The translations under genes and the position numbers were made by a program. 64,000 nucleotides of DNA. Origin: Candidatus Deferrimicrobiaceae bacterium (GTDB taxonomy: Bacteria; Desulfobacterota; Deferrimicrobia; Deferrimicrobiales; Deferrimicrobiaceae). The stretch lies in NCBI GenBank assembly GCA_963792415.1, contig CAWBVY010000006.1, forward strand, positions 288,001 to 352,000. The letters run 5' to 3'. The notes below the pieces were generated by a model. That model searched no databases. It was not told the origin of the DNA and was given only the letters and a program-made list of their open reading frames with translations. How positions within the stretch are numbered: position 1 is the stretch's first letter; each line of letters starts with the position of its first letter. This document shows, one piece after another, positions 38,857-48,307 of this stretch.

Positions 38857-39105
38857 ATGGATAAACGAGAGGCGGAATACTGGCGCGGGTACGGTGAGGG
38901 GATCAATTACCGCATTCGGCAAAGGATGGGAGAATCCATCCGCGCGCATTATCGCCCGTCCGAAAAAGCCGCAGGTGAAAACGGCGATTCCTTTGTCGAT
39001 GCCTATGCCGAGGGGTACCGCGACGGTTGCAAAGAAGAAACCTTTTGTTTGGTGCTCCCCGAAAGGGATCCATCCGGCCGCCAACGATGGAACGGCGCAG
39101 CGTGA
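38857..39105 (+). CDS. Hypothetical protein (YxRGY / DxYxxGY family)
   Basis: AGGAGGAG RBS; EYWRGYGEG...GDSFVDAYAEGYRDG. Confidence 0.7.
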   Translation: MDKREAEYWRGYGEGINYRIRQRMGESIRAHYRPSEKAAGENGDSFVDAYAEGYRDGCKEETFCLVLPERDPSGRQRWNGAA

Positions 39106-39266
39106 CGGCGACCATTCGCCGATGGCTTACCCCTGGCGATTCATGAACAGATCGTGAATACCCGGAGGACACCCCTCACGCGAGCGAGGTTCCCCCGGGA
39201 CGCGACGAAAGGGGAAAAGCCGGGGTTGGGTGGGGGGTATGCGTACCGGATAGGTTTTACGGTCTT

Positions 39267-40277
39267 CTACGGCCGTATCTCAACAATCGTCCCATTCGGC
39301 GCCAACTTGCTAATTTCCTCTATTTCTTCGTCTGTTACGGCAATACACCCTTTCGTCCAGTCGACCTCCGTGTGAGCATCCCCTACCCAAGAGAAACCAT
39401 TCTTGATACCGTGGATCATGATGTCTCCGCCCGGAGAAACACCGAGTTCTTTTGCGCGATTTTTGTCCCTCTCGTTTGGATAGGAAATATGCAGAGAGAG
39501 GTGAAACCGGCTGTCCTTGTTTCTTCCATCGATGACATAGGTCCCCTCGGGGGTCTTGTTATCCCCTTGCCGTTCCTTTGGGCCGATTGGGTTCCCCCCC
39601 AGTGCGATATTGTAGGATTTCAGCACTTCACCCTGTGAGATCAACATCAATCGGCGTGCATTTTTTTCTATCAGGATCCTGTCTACCGATCCCTTCTGAA
39701 TCGCATAGGCGACAAACTTTTTTTCGAGCGCTTCAATCTTTTTTCCCAGCGTGACGATCTCATTCTCCTTGCCTTGGGCCTCGTGCCGGAGCGTTTCGAT
39801 CTGCATCTGCTGCGCGGCTATCGTCTTCTCCTTGCCTTGGACCTCGTGCTGGAGAGTTTCGATCTGCATCTGCTGCGCAGCTATCGTCTTATCCTTGAGA
39901 GCGACATTCCTGAAATTAAATATCATCATCTCGCTGTTCTGCCGATACTCGCTCCCCGGGTAATCCTTGACGAGTTTCTGAAAACATTCCAGGGATTTCT
40001 GATAATCTTTTTGCTCGTTCTTCGAATGGGCATAAACAATACCCATCTCGAACAGAGCCCTGTCTGCCGTCGCGGGATATTTATCGATTATTTCCGAATA
40101 CTTGTCCAGAGAGGCCGCGTAGTTTCCCTGATGATACAGATCATTCGCCTCTGCGAAGGTCGTCTTGGCGTGCCGCCCGTCGTTATAGTGACTGCAACCG
40201 GATAGGAGCATCGGTGCCATTATGAGGCAGATACAGAACGTGAATGGTCCGATGTGAAAGATTCTCGGCTTCCTCAT
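39267..40277 (-). CDS. Lipoprotein with TPR, coiled coil and YkuD L,D-transpeptidase domains
   Basis: LSGC lipobox; TPEGTY, IMIHG, WTKGCIA; 63-bp tandem duplication. Confidence 0.9.
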   Translation of the reverse strand: MRKPRIFHIGPFTFCICLIMAPMLLSGCSHYNDGRHAKTTFAEANDLYHQGNYAASLDKYSEIIDKYPATADRALFEMGIVYAHSKNEQKDYQKSLECFQKLVKDYPGSEYRQNSEMMIFNFRNVALKDKTIAAQQMQIETLQHEVQGKEKTIAAQQMQIETLRHEAQGKENEIVTLGKKIEALEKKFVAYAIQKGSVDRILIEKNARRLMLISQGEVLKSYNIALGGNPIGPKERQGDNKTPEGTYVIDGRNKDSRFHLSLHISYPNERDKNRAKELGVSPGGDIMIHGIKNGFSWVGDAHTEVDWTKGCIAVTDEEIEEISKLAPNGTIVEIRP

Positions 40278-40332
40278 TTTCCTAATCCCTTGGCAGAATC
40301 ATCGGGACAATCTCATATGATATGTAAAGAAA

Positions 40333-40356
40333 TGGCAGGGGCGTAAGCCCCTGCCA
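40333..40356. terminator. Stem-loop between the lpp-like gene and the LDT gene
   Basis: TGGCAGGGGC-GTAA-GCCCCTGCCA. Confidence 0.6.
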
Positions 40357-40408
40357 CCTGTTTGTCCTGAGCTTTGAAGCGAACGTTGACGACAGCCGTA
40401 CAAGTGAC

Positions 40409-40774
40409 TTACTTCTTCATCGACTTCTCGAAGGCGGCTTCCGCCTTTTTCGCTTTTTCATCGGCGATCCTTTCCTTTTCCGCTGCCACCCTTTCCCTTT
40501 CCTCTGCCTCCTTAATAGCATTTTCGGCGCGGACCGATGTTTCATCTGCCTTTACCTTGGCCGCATCTGCATTTACCTTGGCCGCATCCGCATTAACCTT
40601 GGCCGCATCCGCTGCAGTCTTGGCGGCTTGCGCATCCTTCAATGCCTGGTCCGCTTTCGCATCGATCATTTTCTGCTCCGCCTGCACTTTCTCGAGGTCA
40701 CCGGTTGTTGCGCAACTGAACATCAGAGTCGGGAGAACAAGCATCATCGTGATCAGGAACAGGTTTTTCTTCAT
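40409..40774 (-). CDS. Lpp/OprI-like alanine-zipper lipoprotein
   Basis: MFSC lipobox, ADAAKVN heptad repeats, C-terminal KK. Confidence 0.85.
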   Translation of the reverse strand: MKKNLFLITMMLVLPTLMFSCATTGDLEKVQAEQKMIDAKADQALKDAQAAKTAADAAKVNADAAKVNADAAKVKADETSVRAENAIKEAEERERVAAEKERIADEKAKKAEAAFEKSMKK

Positions 40775-40795
40775 CTCTCTTCACCTCCTTTCCGT

Positions 40796-42139
40796 TCAGT
40801 CTACTTTAACAGGTTCCATTACGATACCGTCGATCTCCAGATCTATTTTCAGGCGTTTCGCTGCCTTTTTGGCTTCACTGCGATCATGGAACGGGCCGGC
40901 GATAACACGGTAGCTGTCGCTCCTTTGGAACACCCGGGCCGGGATGGGTGGCCCCTGGTGATTGATGATGGCGGCAATCCTCTGAGCTTCAATCCTGTCA
41001 CGCCCATCGGCAGCCAAAACATACCATGCTTCCAGTTTCAGTGCCGGTATTTCCGGTTTGCCGTACAACGTCTCCGGGTGCTCGACTTCTACAGGTTTCG
41101 CGACCTCTTTTTCACTTCCCTGAATCAACTCGAAGATGGGAACCGGAATCCCCCGGGCCTCGGCCTGTGCTTCCTTGACCTTTTTCCAGTCGAGCGTGCG
41201 CCGGGCTTTCTTTTCAACCGTTCTCAATTTTTTATAGAGTTTCTCCGACTCATGAGCGTCCGACCCTTCCATGGGCGCATGCGCTTCCAGGTAAAGTACG
41301 CCATTGCGTTGCCCTATGAGATATGGCTGGTTGACAATGAGTACCGGTGTTTTCACCGGAGTGTCATCGAAGAGCGTCTTCACGTTTTCCGGATAGAGCC
41401 TCAGGCAGCCATTGGTTGCCGTAAGGCCGATGCTGGCCGGTTTATTGGTGCCATGGATCAAATAGCCCGATTTGCTCAAGTAGAGCGCGTATTCCCCCAG
41501 GGGATTTTCAGGCCCCGGCGGGACGGCTTTGGGGAGGATATCCCCTTTCTTGCGATGGTCCTCGGCAATCGAAGCAGGAACATGCCAGGTAGGCCGGGCC
41601 GCCTTGCGCGCCACATGCATCTTGCCCGTGGGGGTAGGCCGCTCGTCGGTGCCGACACCGACCGGGTAGGTCGTCACCGACAGGGACGTGCCATCCTCTT
41701 TATACTGAAAGAGCCTCATGGTGGCCAGGTTGATCACAATCCCTTTTCTGGGAGTGTCCGGCAGGAGAAAACTCAGGGGCAACAGGATACGCTCTCCGGC
41801 CTCAGGAACCCATACGTCTACCCCGGGATTCGCCGCACTGATTGCGTTGATCCCCAGACTGAAGTGTCGAGCAATATCCGGGAGCGTATCTCCCTTTTCA
41901 AGCCTGATAACCGCCAACCGGCCGATGACGTCTTCTCCTCGTGCAACCGGAAACCTGTTTCGCTCGATCTCCTTTTCACGGTGGCCTGGAAAAGAGTCTG
42001 CTGTCTCCTGGACACTTTTCATTGCGGCACATCCAGAGAGAGAGAAGATGAATATGCAGAGAGCCGCCAAACGAAACCGGTTGCAGGAGAGTGATCGATC
42101 ACGGGTTCGTAACATGGGTTCAGCAAGCACCTTTCTCAT
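40796..42139 (-). CDS. ErfK/YbiS-type L,D-transpeptidase with LysM and SPOR domains
   Basis: GDTLPDIARHF, PGPENPLG, LIHGT, TNGCLRL. Confidence 0.9.
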   Translation of the reverse strand: MRKVLAEPMLRTRDRSLSCNRFRLAALCIFIFSLSGCAAMKSVQETADSFPGHREKEIERNRFPVARGEDVIGRLAVIRLEKGDTLPDIARHFSLGINAISAANPGVDVWVPEAGERILLPLSFLLPDTPRKGIVINLATMRLFQYKEDGTSLSVTTYPVGVGTDERPTPTGKMHVARKAARPTWHVPASIAEDHRKKGDILPKAVPPGPENPLGEYALYLSKSGYLIHGTNKPASIGLTATNGCLRLYPENVKTLFDDTPVKTPVLIVNQPYLIGQRNGVLYLEAHAPMEGSDAHESEKLYKKLRTVEKKARRTLDWKKVKEAQAEARGIPVPIFELIQGSEKEVAKPVEVEHPETLYGKPEIPALKLEAWYVLAADGRDRIEAQRIAAIINHQGPPIPARVFQRSDSYRVIAGPFHDRSEAKKAAKRLKIDLEIDGIVMEPVKVD

Positions 42140-42243
42140 CGGCGACCCGGCGGTCTCAGCGAGATCCTGCAGGCGTTCCACCCCGCCTGACCTGACCCCT
42201 GTGATCGGTCTATCTATATCGTAGTGCAAAAATCCTCCGGAGC

Positions 42244-42392
42244 TGACCTGATCCCCGATATTTGACCAACTGGAGACGGGGATTTTCCCCTGCCGACCAC
42301 AAGACGGTCACAAGCTCCAGTCGCTGACTGGAAATTCTTCCAGACAAGGGAACTTATAGGATTCGACCTTCGGGGTGGTTTCCCGACCAGGT
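42244..42392 (+). repeat. att-like module copy A (most complete)
   Basis: IS3-like TGACCTGATCCCCG end, GACCACAAG/GGTCACAAG, 50 bp, GACCTTCGGG-GTGGTTT-CCCGACCAGGT. Confidence 0.82.
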
Positions 42393-42417
42393 GTCTGCGA
42401 AACCAGGGGAAGTCCAC

Positions 42418-44196
42418 CTATTCATCCTTGACGCAGCGAACGGATCGACCGGTCGTGATGGACGTCCAGAAATACGATCCATCAACGCCGCTATAGTTGA
42501 CATCCAGCCCTCTTCTCCATGCCTCGACGTTATTGCCGTTGAGACTGGAAGTCCAGAACGATGCCTGAACCTCGACGGAGAAGAAAACCACGTTATCCCC
42601 GCTGGGATAAAAGCCCCCGCCCGGAAGACCTTCGAAACCGGAGTCGCCGCACGGAGTCCTCCCCTGGCACAGGCCTGCCGATTTCAGCCGATCGCCGGCC
42701 GGAGCGCCGCAGAAAGTATCCGGATAATTGCCCCCCGGATACGGGGAGCAGCCACCGGGCCCGAGAGCATTCGCCAGCGTGACGTACTCGGGGTCGCTCG
42801 GGATGTGCCAACCGGAGGGACAGATGCCCCGGGACTTCTCGGTTTGCGCCCCGCACATCGCCTGGTTCCAGGTATACAGGCCTCCGTAGGTCTCACAATT
42901 GCTCCCCGAATCTTCATAGCAGAATTTCTTTATGGAGGCACAGGACGTGCCTTGCCCATCCGCAGAGGGAGTTGCGGTTCCGACATCGAGATTCCTCGCG
43001 ATCCAGCACTGGGTCCCGATCTGAACCGTGGGATAGCCCTCGCCCGCATACGTCAACACGTCGCCGCAGACCTCCCAGGGGGCCACGACGACCGTCACCG
43101 TGTACTCCTGCGTCGAGGCGTCCGCGGCCGTGACCGTGTAGACAACGGGGTTCGTGAAGTCTTGCGCCACTCCCGATGCCGGGGCGATGCTTGTCCCCGT
43201 GTGGACGATCGTCGGGACGAGCGCCGTGACAACCGTGCCCGCGGGGAGCGTCGCGTCGATCGTATGCGATGCCTCCAAGATGGTTCCCTCCGCGCCAGGA
43301 GCGGCGAAGTTGAACGTCGTAATCTCCTTGCTGCTGCTCGGCGCTACCGTGACCGTCACCGTGTAATCCTGCGTCGAGGCGTCCGCGGCCGTGACCTTGT
43401 AGACAACGGGATTCGTGAAGTCTTGCGCCACTCCCGATGCCGGGGCGATGATTGTCCCCGTGTGGATGATCGTCGGGACAAGTGCGGTGACTGCCGTGCC
43501 GAACGGCACCGTCACGGCAATCGTATGCGATGTCTCCGTAACGGTTCCCACCGCATTGTAATTTGCAAAACTGAACGCCGTAATGGCTTTGGCGGTTCTC
43601 GGCGCCACGGTGACCGTCACCGTGTACTCCTGCGTCGAGGTGTCTGCCGCAGTCACCGTATACACGACCGGATTCGTGAAGTCCTGTGCAACCCCCGTTG
43701 CGGGAAGGATGCCTGCTCCCGTATGGAGTATCGTCGGGACAAGCGCCGAGACATCCGTGCCGGACGGCACCGTCACGGCAATCGCATGCGATATCTCCGT
43801 AATGGTTCCCACCGCGTCGTAACCTGCAAAACCGAACGCCGTAATGGCTTTGGCGGTGCTCGGCGCCACCGTGACCGTCACCGTGTAATCCTGCGTTGAG
43901 GCGTCCGCGGCCGTCACCGTATATATCACCGCATCCGTAAAATCCTCCGCGACTCCGGTCGCGGGACTAATGCTTGCTCCGGTGTGGATGATCGTCGGGA
44001 CGAGCGTCGTGACATCCGTGCCGAACGGCACCGTCACGGCAATCGTGTGCGATGCCTCCGAAATGGTTCCCTGAGCAGCAGGATTTTCGAAGCTGAACGC
44101 CGTAACGGATTTGGCGTTACTCAGCGACGAATCCGAACAACCTGTCAACGTCATTCCCAGGGCCACAAAGAGAACCCCCAACAACATCCGTTTCAT
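42418..44196 (-). CDS. Lipoprotein with four ~80-aa Ig-like (DUF5018-like) repeats and a FISUMP domain
   Basis: LTGC lipobox; 240-bp repeats; IGTQCWIARNL, YGGLYTW, GICPSGWHIPS, SVRCVKD. Confidence 0.88.
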   Translation of the reverse strand: MKRMLLGVLFVALGMTLTGCSDSSLSNAKSVTAFSFENPAAQGTISEASHTIAVTVPFGTDVTTLVPTIIHTGASISPATGVAEDFTDAVIYTVTAADASTQDYTVTVTVAPSTAKAITAFGFAGYDAVGTITEISHAIAVTVPSGTDVSALVPTILHTGAGILPATGVAQDFTNPVVYTVTAADTSTQEYTVTVTVAPRTAKAITAFSFANYNAVGTVTETSHTIAVTVPFGTAVTALVPTIIHTGTIIAPASGVAQDFTNPVVYKVTAADASTQDYTVTVTVAPSSSKEITTFNFAAPGAEGTILEASHTIDATLPAGTVVTALVPTIVHTGTSIAPASGVAQDFTNPVVYTVTAADASTQEYTVTVVVAPWEVCGDVLTYAGEGYPTVQIGTQCWIARNLDVGTATPSADGQGTSCASIKKFCYEDSGSNCETYGGLYTWNQAMCGAQTEKSRGICPSGWHIPSDPEYVTLANALGPGGCSPYPGGNYPDTFCGAPAGDRLKSAGLCQGRTPCGDSGFEGLPGGGFYPSGDNVVFFSVEVQASFWTSSLNGNNVEAWRRGLDVNYSGVDGSYFWTSITTGRSVRCVKDE

Positions 44197-44520
44197 CCGT
44201 TGGCTCCTTGAATGGTTACTTGGCAACGATTTCCGAAAAAACCGTGCAGGTTCCATTGTCACGAATCCAGGGATCCCGGCCGTTCCACATTGCCATTGAC
44301 GTTGCTTATCGCGCTCACCCGTTCCTTTCTTCATTTAATTCTCCCGCCCGGATGACCTACCTGCCCTGAATCCATACCAGTTGCGAAAGGGATCTCTTCG
44401 GGTACAGGGAACTTGGCACAGGGCCAAAGTCCAGAAAACTTTCATTTGTGGCATGTTCCAACAAGAAAGGGGATGCCGGATTGTACCGGACTCTCCTGTG
44501 TTTCCACAATGTTGCCGAAG

Positions 44521-44573
44521 TAACCTGCCCCCCGTCTTATACCAAATGGACGAGGAAATCGGGGACGAGGTCA
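44521..44573. mobile_element. Degenerate mini-element of two IS3-like ends
   Basis: TAACCTGCCCCCCG...ATCGGGGACGAGGTCA. Confidence 0.45.
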
Positions 44574-44586
44574 AAGGCCAACAAGG

Positions 44587-45189
44587 TCACCCAGGTGGAA
44601 GATCGTAGGAAACCTTCGATTCATTTCCTTTAACAATGCCCTTCTTGATGAGCTCCGCAATGATGCGCTCTACCTCCGCCTCGGAAAGGGGGGGCTTCCG
44701 AAACCATGAGTTGATCGTGGCAGCCAGGGTTTTCCGTGTTCTGGGTTTGGCGGCGCCACTCTTCGCCAAATTGGCGATTACTGCCGAAACCCGATCAGGC
44801 GCGGACTTCGAGGTTGCCAGCTTAACAAGCGGCAACTCCAGGATGGTTTTGACTCGACTGGAGGCAATCTTCTTGCTCTTCAAGTACTGAATCAGAGGAT
44901 CAAAGCCGGTATCTTTTGAAACGATATAAAAGTTAGCGTCCGGCTCTTTTGCGGAAAGCTGACCGATGTAATAGGCGATGTGGAAATCAAGAGCGTTACC
45001 GCCGGTTCCCGCGATCTTGATGTATTTGGCTCGATCGCCCAATCGCTGCAACACCGAAGCAACCTCGTACGTCACCTTGGCCTGATTTGCGCCCACAAAA
45101 ACGATGACGCTGAAATGTTCACGCTCCAGCGCAGCCATTGCCTGAGGCTGAACATTTTCATAATCGATTAAGACGTAGGTATTTTTCAC
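44587..45189 (-). CDS. PIN/NYN-like domain protein
   Basis: VLIDYENVQP, NALDFHIAYYIG, IVSKDTGFDPL. Confidence 0.88.
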   Translation of the reverse strand: MKNTYVLIDYENVQPQAMAALEREHFSVIVFVGANQAKVTYEVASVLQRLGDRAKYIKIAGTGGNALDFHIAYYIGQLSAKEPDANFYIVSKDTGFDPLIQYLKSKKIASSRVKTILELPLVKLATSKSAPDRVSAVIANLAKSGAAKPRTRKTLAATINSWFRKPPLSEAEVERIIAELIKKGIVKGNESKVSYDLPPG

Positions 45190-45626
45190 CGCGCAACGCT
45201 CCTCGTGGGCTCTAATTTTGTAATATCCGAGAGGAAATCTCGGGCGGCTTGCACCACTATCCCCATCGTATCCTTCGGTTTGTTCCTGTACGGGCCGAAA
45301 TGGCGTCGATCCCCCGCGAGAAAATGCGTTGCCTTGCACCGCTGTGCCGAGGCGAACACAGGCCGATCCTTCTCAGGGAGTGAAATCGTGCACCGCTCTC
45401 CAGCAACATCAGGAACAAGGTGGACTGTCTCCAGAATCTCGGCCAACCGGCCAAGAGCTGCCGGATGCTTCCTATCCAGGTTCCGTCGTGCCTCCGCAAG
45501 GCAATACGCGCTGGTCACGACCTCCCAACTCCCCGCCGCAGCCAGATCGATCACAAGCGACGCCTTCCCTTCCGGGTTGCGAGCGGCGGTGAACAGCACG
45601 TCCGAGTCCAGGAAAAGGCGTATCAA
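45186..45626 (-). CDS. PIN-domain (VapC-like) toxin
   Basis: LFLDSDVLF, EARRNL, KDRPV, GDRRHFG. Confidence 0.85.
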   Translation of the reverse strand: MIRLFLDSDVLFTAARNPEGKASLVIDLAAAGSWEVVTSAYCLAEARRNLDRKHPAALGRLAEILETVHLVPDVAGERCTISLPEKDRPVFASAQRCKATHFLAGDRRHFGPYRNKPKDTMGIVVQAARDFLSDITKLEPTRSVAR

Positions 45627-45874
45627 CGCTTCCGTCCAAGCCTCTTCAGGATCCTGGACCGCTCGCCGGGAGCAAGCCGGTCTTCCCGCTCCCATCGGCC
45701 GATCTCTTCGTCCGTATAGGTGTCCAACTCCACAACGGCAGCAGGCCGAAGCACCAGTTCCCCTTTCCGGTCCTCGACAACCAGGACCCCGCCCGGCTTG
45801 ATCCCGAGGCGCCTCCGCATGGACGCAGGCAAGGTAATCTGCCCCCTCCCGGAAACGACGACATTCCCTTTCAT
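45623..45874 (-). CDS. AbrB/MazE-family antitoxin
   Basis: RGQITLPASMRRRLGIKPG; overlaps the toxin start. Confidence 0.9.
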   Translation of the reverse strand: MKGNVVVSGRGQITLPASMRRRLGIKPGGVLVVEDRKGELVLRPAAVVELDTYTDEEIGRWEREDRLAPGERSRILKRLGRKR

Positions 45875-45890
45875 AACGCGCCTCCCATCC

Positions 45891-45925
45891 GATATTCCGT
45901 AATGCAGTCTAACTGATATTCCGTA
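45891..45925 (-). promoter_or_regulatory. Direct-repeat operator candidate of the TA operon
   Basis: GATATTCCGTA at 45891 and 45915. Confidence 0.5.
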
Positions 45926-46063
45926 TTTATGCAACTGACCTGCCTGACCTGCTTCCCGGTAATCGTCCAGCTGGTCGAGGGAATTTGCGCTGGAATCCGT
46001 ACAGCTGGCAAACCTCGTGCAAACAACAATCGAGTTTTGTAACCCTATTGGTATACTTCCACC

Positions 46064-46366
46064 ATGCGTCGCCTCCTCCTGGCCCTCCTTTTTCTCCTGC
46101 CTCTCGCGCTTCCTTTGTCATGCGGCGACTCATCTGATACATCGACCATCACAGGAGATTTTGTGGTCCGCTTCGAGCAAATTGGGGGTGGATGTTGGAA
46201 CCTTGTGGCGACGGACAATACCCTCTATTTCCCCATCAACCTTGACAATGTTTATCAAATCGACGGACTTCGCGTGGCGGCATCTCTTCAGTTGCCGACC
46301 GCCCCATTCGGGACCTTTTGTCCCGGCCAACCGATGGTTGTCATCAAAATCGCACCGCTGCCTTGA
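46064..46366 (+). CDS. Hypothetical lipoprotein
   Basis: LPLSC lipobox; GGGCWNLV. Confidence 0.7.
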   Translation: MRRLLLALLFLLPLALPLSCGDSSDTSTITGDFVVRFEQIGGGCWNLVATDNTLYFPINLDNVYQIDGLRVAASLQLPTAPFGTFCPGQPMVVIKIAPLP

Positions 46367-46651
46367 ACGCAGCCAAACCCGTTCCCTCCCAATAGGACTA
46401 TCCGAGCGGGGGACATATCTTCGGACGCCACACGGACCGTAAACCCCGTGCGTTATCTGGCCTGCTTGAGGAGTAATAGAGACATCGCCGGCAGGGTGTT
46501 GAAGAGTGAAACCCCTGATGCGGGTGGAACGATCACGGGGGCTGGTCATTCCCCTGCCCCTGGAAGCAGGTGATCGCAAGCGAGAACTGCTCGTGCGGTA
46601 CATCCACGGAACGAAGGAAACGGAATCGCACCTACGGCGGGGAGGTTGCAG

Positions 46652-47050
46652 ATGAGGCGACGGGCTTGCGTGGTGATCCTCACGGCGATCCTCGCCTGGC
46701 CGTGTCTTCAGGGGTGCGCTGAAACCGTCATAGTTGGTGGTGGTGGGAAGATTGGATCGGCAAAGGATCGTGCGCCGGTACTCGTTACGGAGAACGGAAA
46801 AGATGTGGTTGGTTGCGAGTTCATGATGAACTTTGAGCAAAGCAGGCCGTGGGGCGGGTTACTCCTTCAAGAGGATGCCATGGAAAGAGTCATCACAGAC
46901 CTTACATATGAAACAGTCGATGCGGGTGGGAACGTATTGCTCATACGGAAGAAACAAAAGGGTTTCAATGGATCATCCGCTTCAGGGGATGTCTATCGTT
47001 GCCCGGACAACAATGCTCCTGCTCCTCCCCCGCAACCGACCCCAAAATAA
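46652..47050 (+). CDS. Hypothetical lipoprotein (DUF4156-like)
   Basis: LQGC lipobox; GGNVLL...GDVYRCP. Confidence 0.65.
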   Translation: MRRRACVVILTAILAWPCLQGCAETVIVGGGGKIGSAKDRAPVLVTENGKDVVGCEFMMNFEQSRPWGGLLLQEDAMERVITDLTYETVDAGGNVLLIRKKQKGFNGSSASGDVYRCPDNNAPAPPPQPTPK

Positions 47051-47159
47051 TCGTCCCCTCACATCCACCGGACAGCGGACAGCCCCGCTGGGGTGCCGTT
47101 CGAGTCCGTCCGGTTGAGCCGCGGGTTAGGCCCGACCGTGTTGGATGTCGGGCCTGAGC

Positions 47160-47504
47160 TCACTCTTGCCTGACGATATCGACCGAGATCTCCACCGCCG
47201 GAATCGTTCCCCTGTTCTCAAGCCAGTGTGTGGTGTTCCTATCCTCGGGCCAGCCCACTCCCGGCCCATAGTCCGTAGCGACTCCATTTCGATGGTCAGT
47301 GATCGTTCCTTGCAGTATATAGACGGTGCCTGGTCTGCCTTTGTGGTCGTGAATCGGGCCGAAGACGCCTCCAGGCTCGAAGGTCACCATACGCATTCGA
47401 AGTTGGCGCCCTGCCATGCCCTCGATCTCAGGGCCAAGGTCAACCGATGCAAGCAACTTCACCGTTACACCTTTCGTCTCAGGTGCCACCTGTTCGTTGC
47501 TCAT
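47160..47504 (-). CDS. Cupin-domain protein (integron cassette)
   Basis: HDHKGRP..YILQG; bounded on the minus strand by GTTAGGC and GCCTAAC. Confidence 0.85.
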   Translation of the reverse strand: MSNEQVAPETKGVTVKLLASVDLGPEIEGMAGRQLRMRMVTFEPGGVFGPIHDHKGRPGTVYILQGTITDHRNGVATDYGPGVGWPEDRNTTHWLENRGTIPAVEISVDIVRQE

Positions 47505-47530
47505 CGTGCTCTCCTCTCTGTAGTTCCAGG

Positions 47531-47605
47531 GCCTAACGCTCAGGCTGAGCTGCGGGCGCTCAGCGAAACTCACGGCGAGCCGTCAGCTTCAGCCTGTGGT
47601 TAGAC
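47531..47605 (-). mobile_element. Integron attC site
   Basis: minus strand GTCTAAC-cacaggctgaagctgacg...cgcagctcagcctgagc-GTTAGGC, imperfect palindrome with extrahelical bases. Confidence 0.85.
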
Positions 47606-47681
47606 AGCTTTGTTATGATCTGAAATTGTCACCTGCATGCCAAAGCCGGGAAACTGCAGCGTACAGACTGTCCACTCACCT

Positions 47682-48053
47682 TCACCAGGTTTGAGTAGCA
47701 GAATCGATGGTAACGGCCAACGTGGCTCGCAGCCAACTGTATTTTGCTTTCATGAAATCAAAATCAGGTCCGGATGTTATAAAGGTCCCCTTTCCCTTGA
47801 TCAAAAAGCCGGCACCTGCTCCGTGCAAGCCCTTGACCTTGCTGCTTCCCAGCGTAATCAGCACATCAGGGTTGTGGGCAACGTTAACCTCTGTCTTATT
47901 CATGTATCCCGCAGGAATGAACAACCGCCCGTCCGGTGATATCCTGAGGTAGCTATTCCAGGTGTTGACCATATGCGGCCCATCCTTTCCCAATGTCGCA
48001 ATGGCAACAACCCCATCCTGTTTCATGATTTCCAGCAGCTTTTCCGGGATCAC
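47682..48053 (-). CDS. Pyridoxamine 5'-phosphate oxidase-like FMN-binding protein (integron cassette)
   Basis: GVVAIAT, PHMVNTWNSY; GTTAGAC core at 48086-48092 and inverse core at 47599-47605. Confidence 0.85.
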   Translation of the reverse strand: MIPEKLLEIMKQDGVVAIATLGKDGPHMVNTWNSYLRISPDGRLFIPAGYMNKTEVNVAHNPDVLITLGSSKVKGLHGAGAGFLIKGKGTFITSGPDFDFMKAKYSWLRATLAVTIDSATQTW

Positions 48054-48124
48054 CGTGACTACCTCCCTTTTTCGTTTGTTGTTCTGTCTAACAGTTGATC
48101 AGACAAATGAACGTGAATTCTCGT

Positions 48125-48205
48125 GGTCACAATTTGGACAGAAAAAAGTCACAAGAATTTTCAAAAATAAAACACCCACCGGGTTGTGGATAACCCGGTG
48201 GGTGT
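48125..48205 (+). repeat. Arm-type repeats plus hairpin (type-2 module)
   Basis: GGTCACAAT/GGACAGAAA/AGTCACAAG at 11-bp period; ACACCCACCGGG...CCCGGTGGGTGT hairpin. Confidence 0.65.
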
Positions 48206-48307
48206 ATTCTCCTCTTCCAATCGACGGACGATGTAACCCCGAGGTATCCCAAGAACCGATATCCTGGCGCCCCCGAAATTCTCGAATCCTTCGCTTGAAT
48301 AGAACGT

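Noticed and set aside
43085-44110. 240-bp repeats as a mobile element or DGR template/variable pair
   Set aside because: In-frame Ig-like domain repeats; no reverse transcriptase and no adenine-specific mismatch pattern seen
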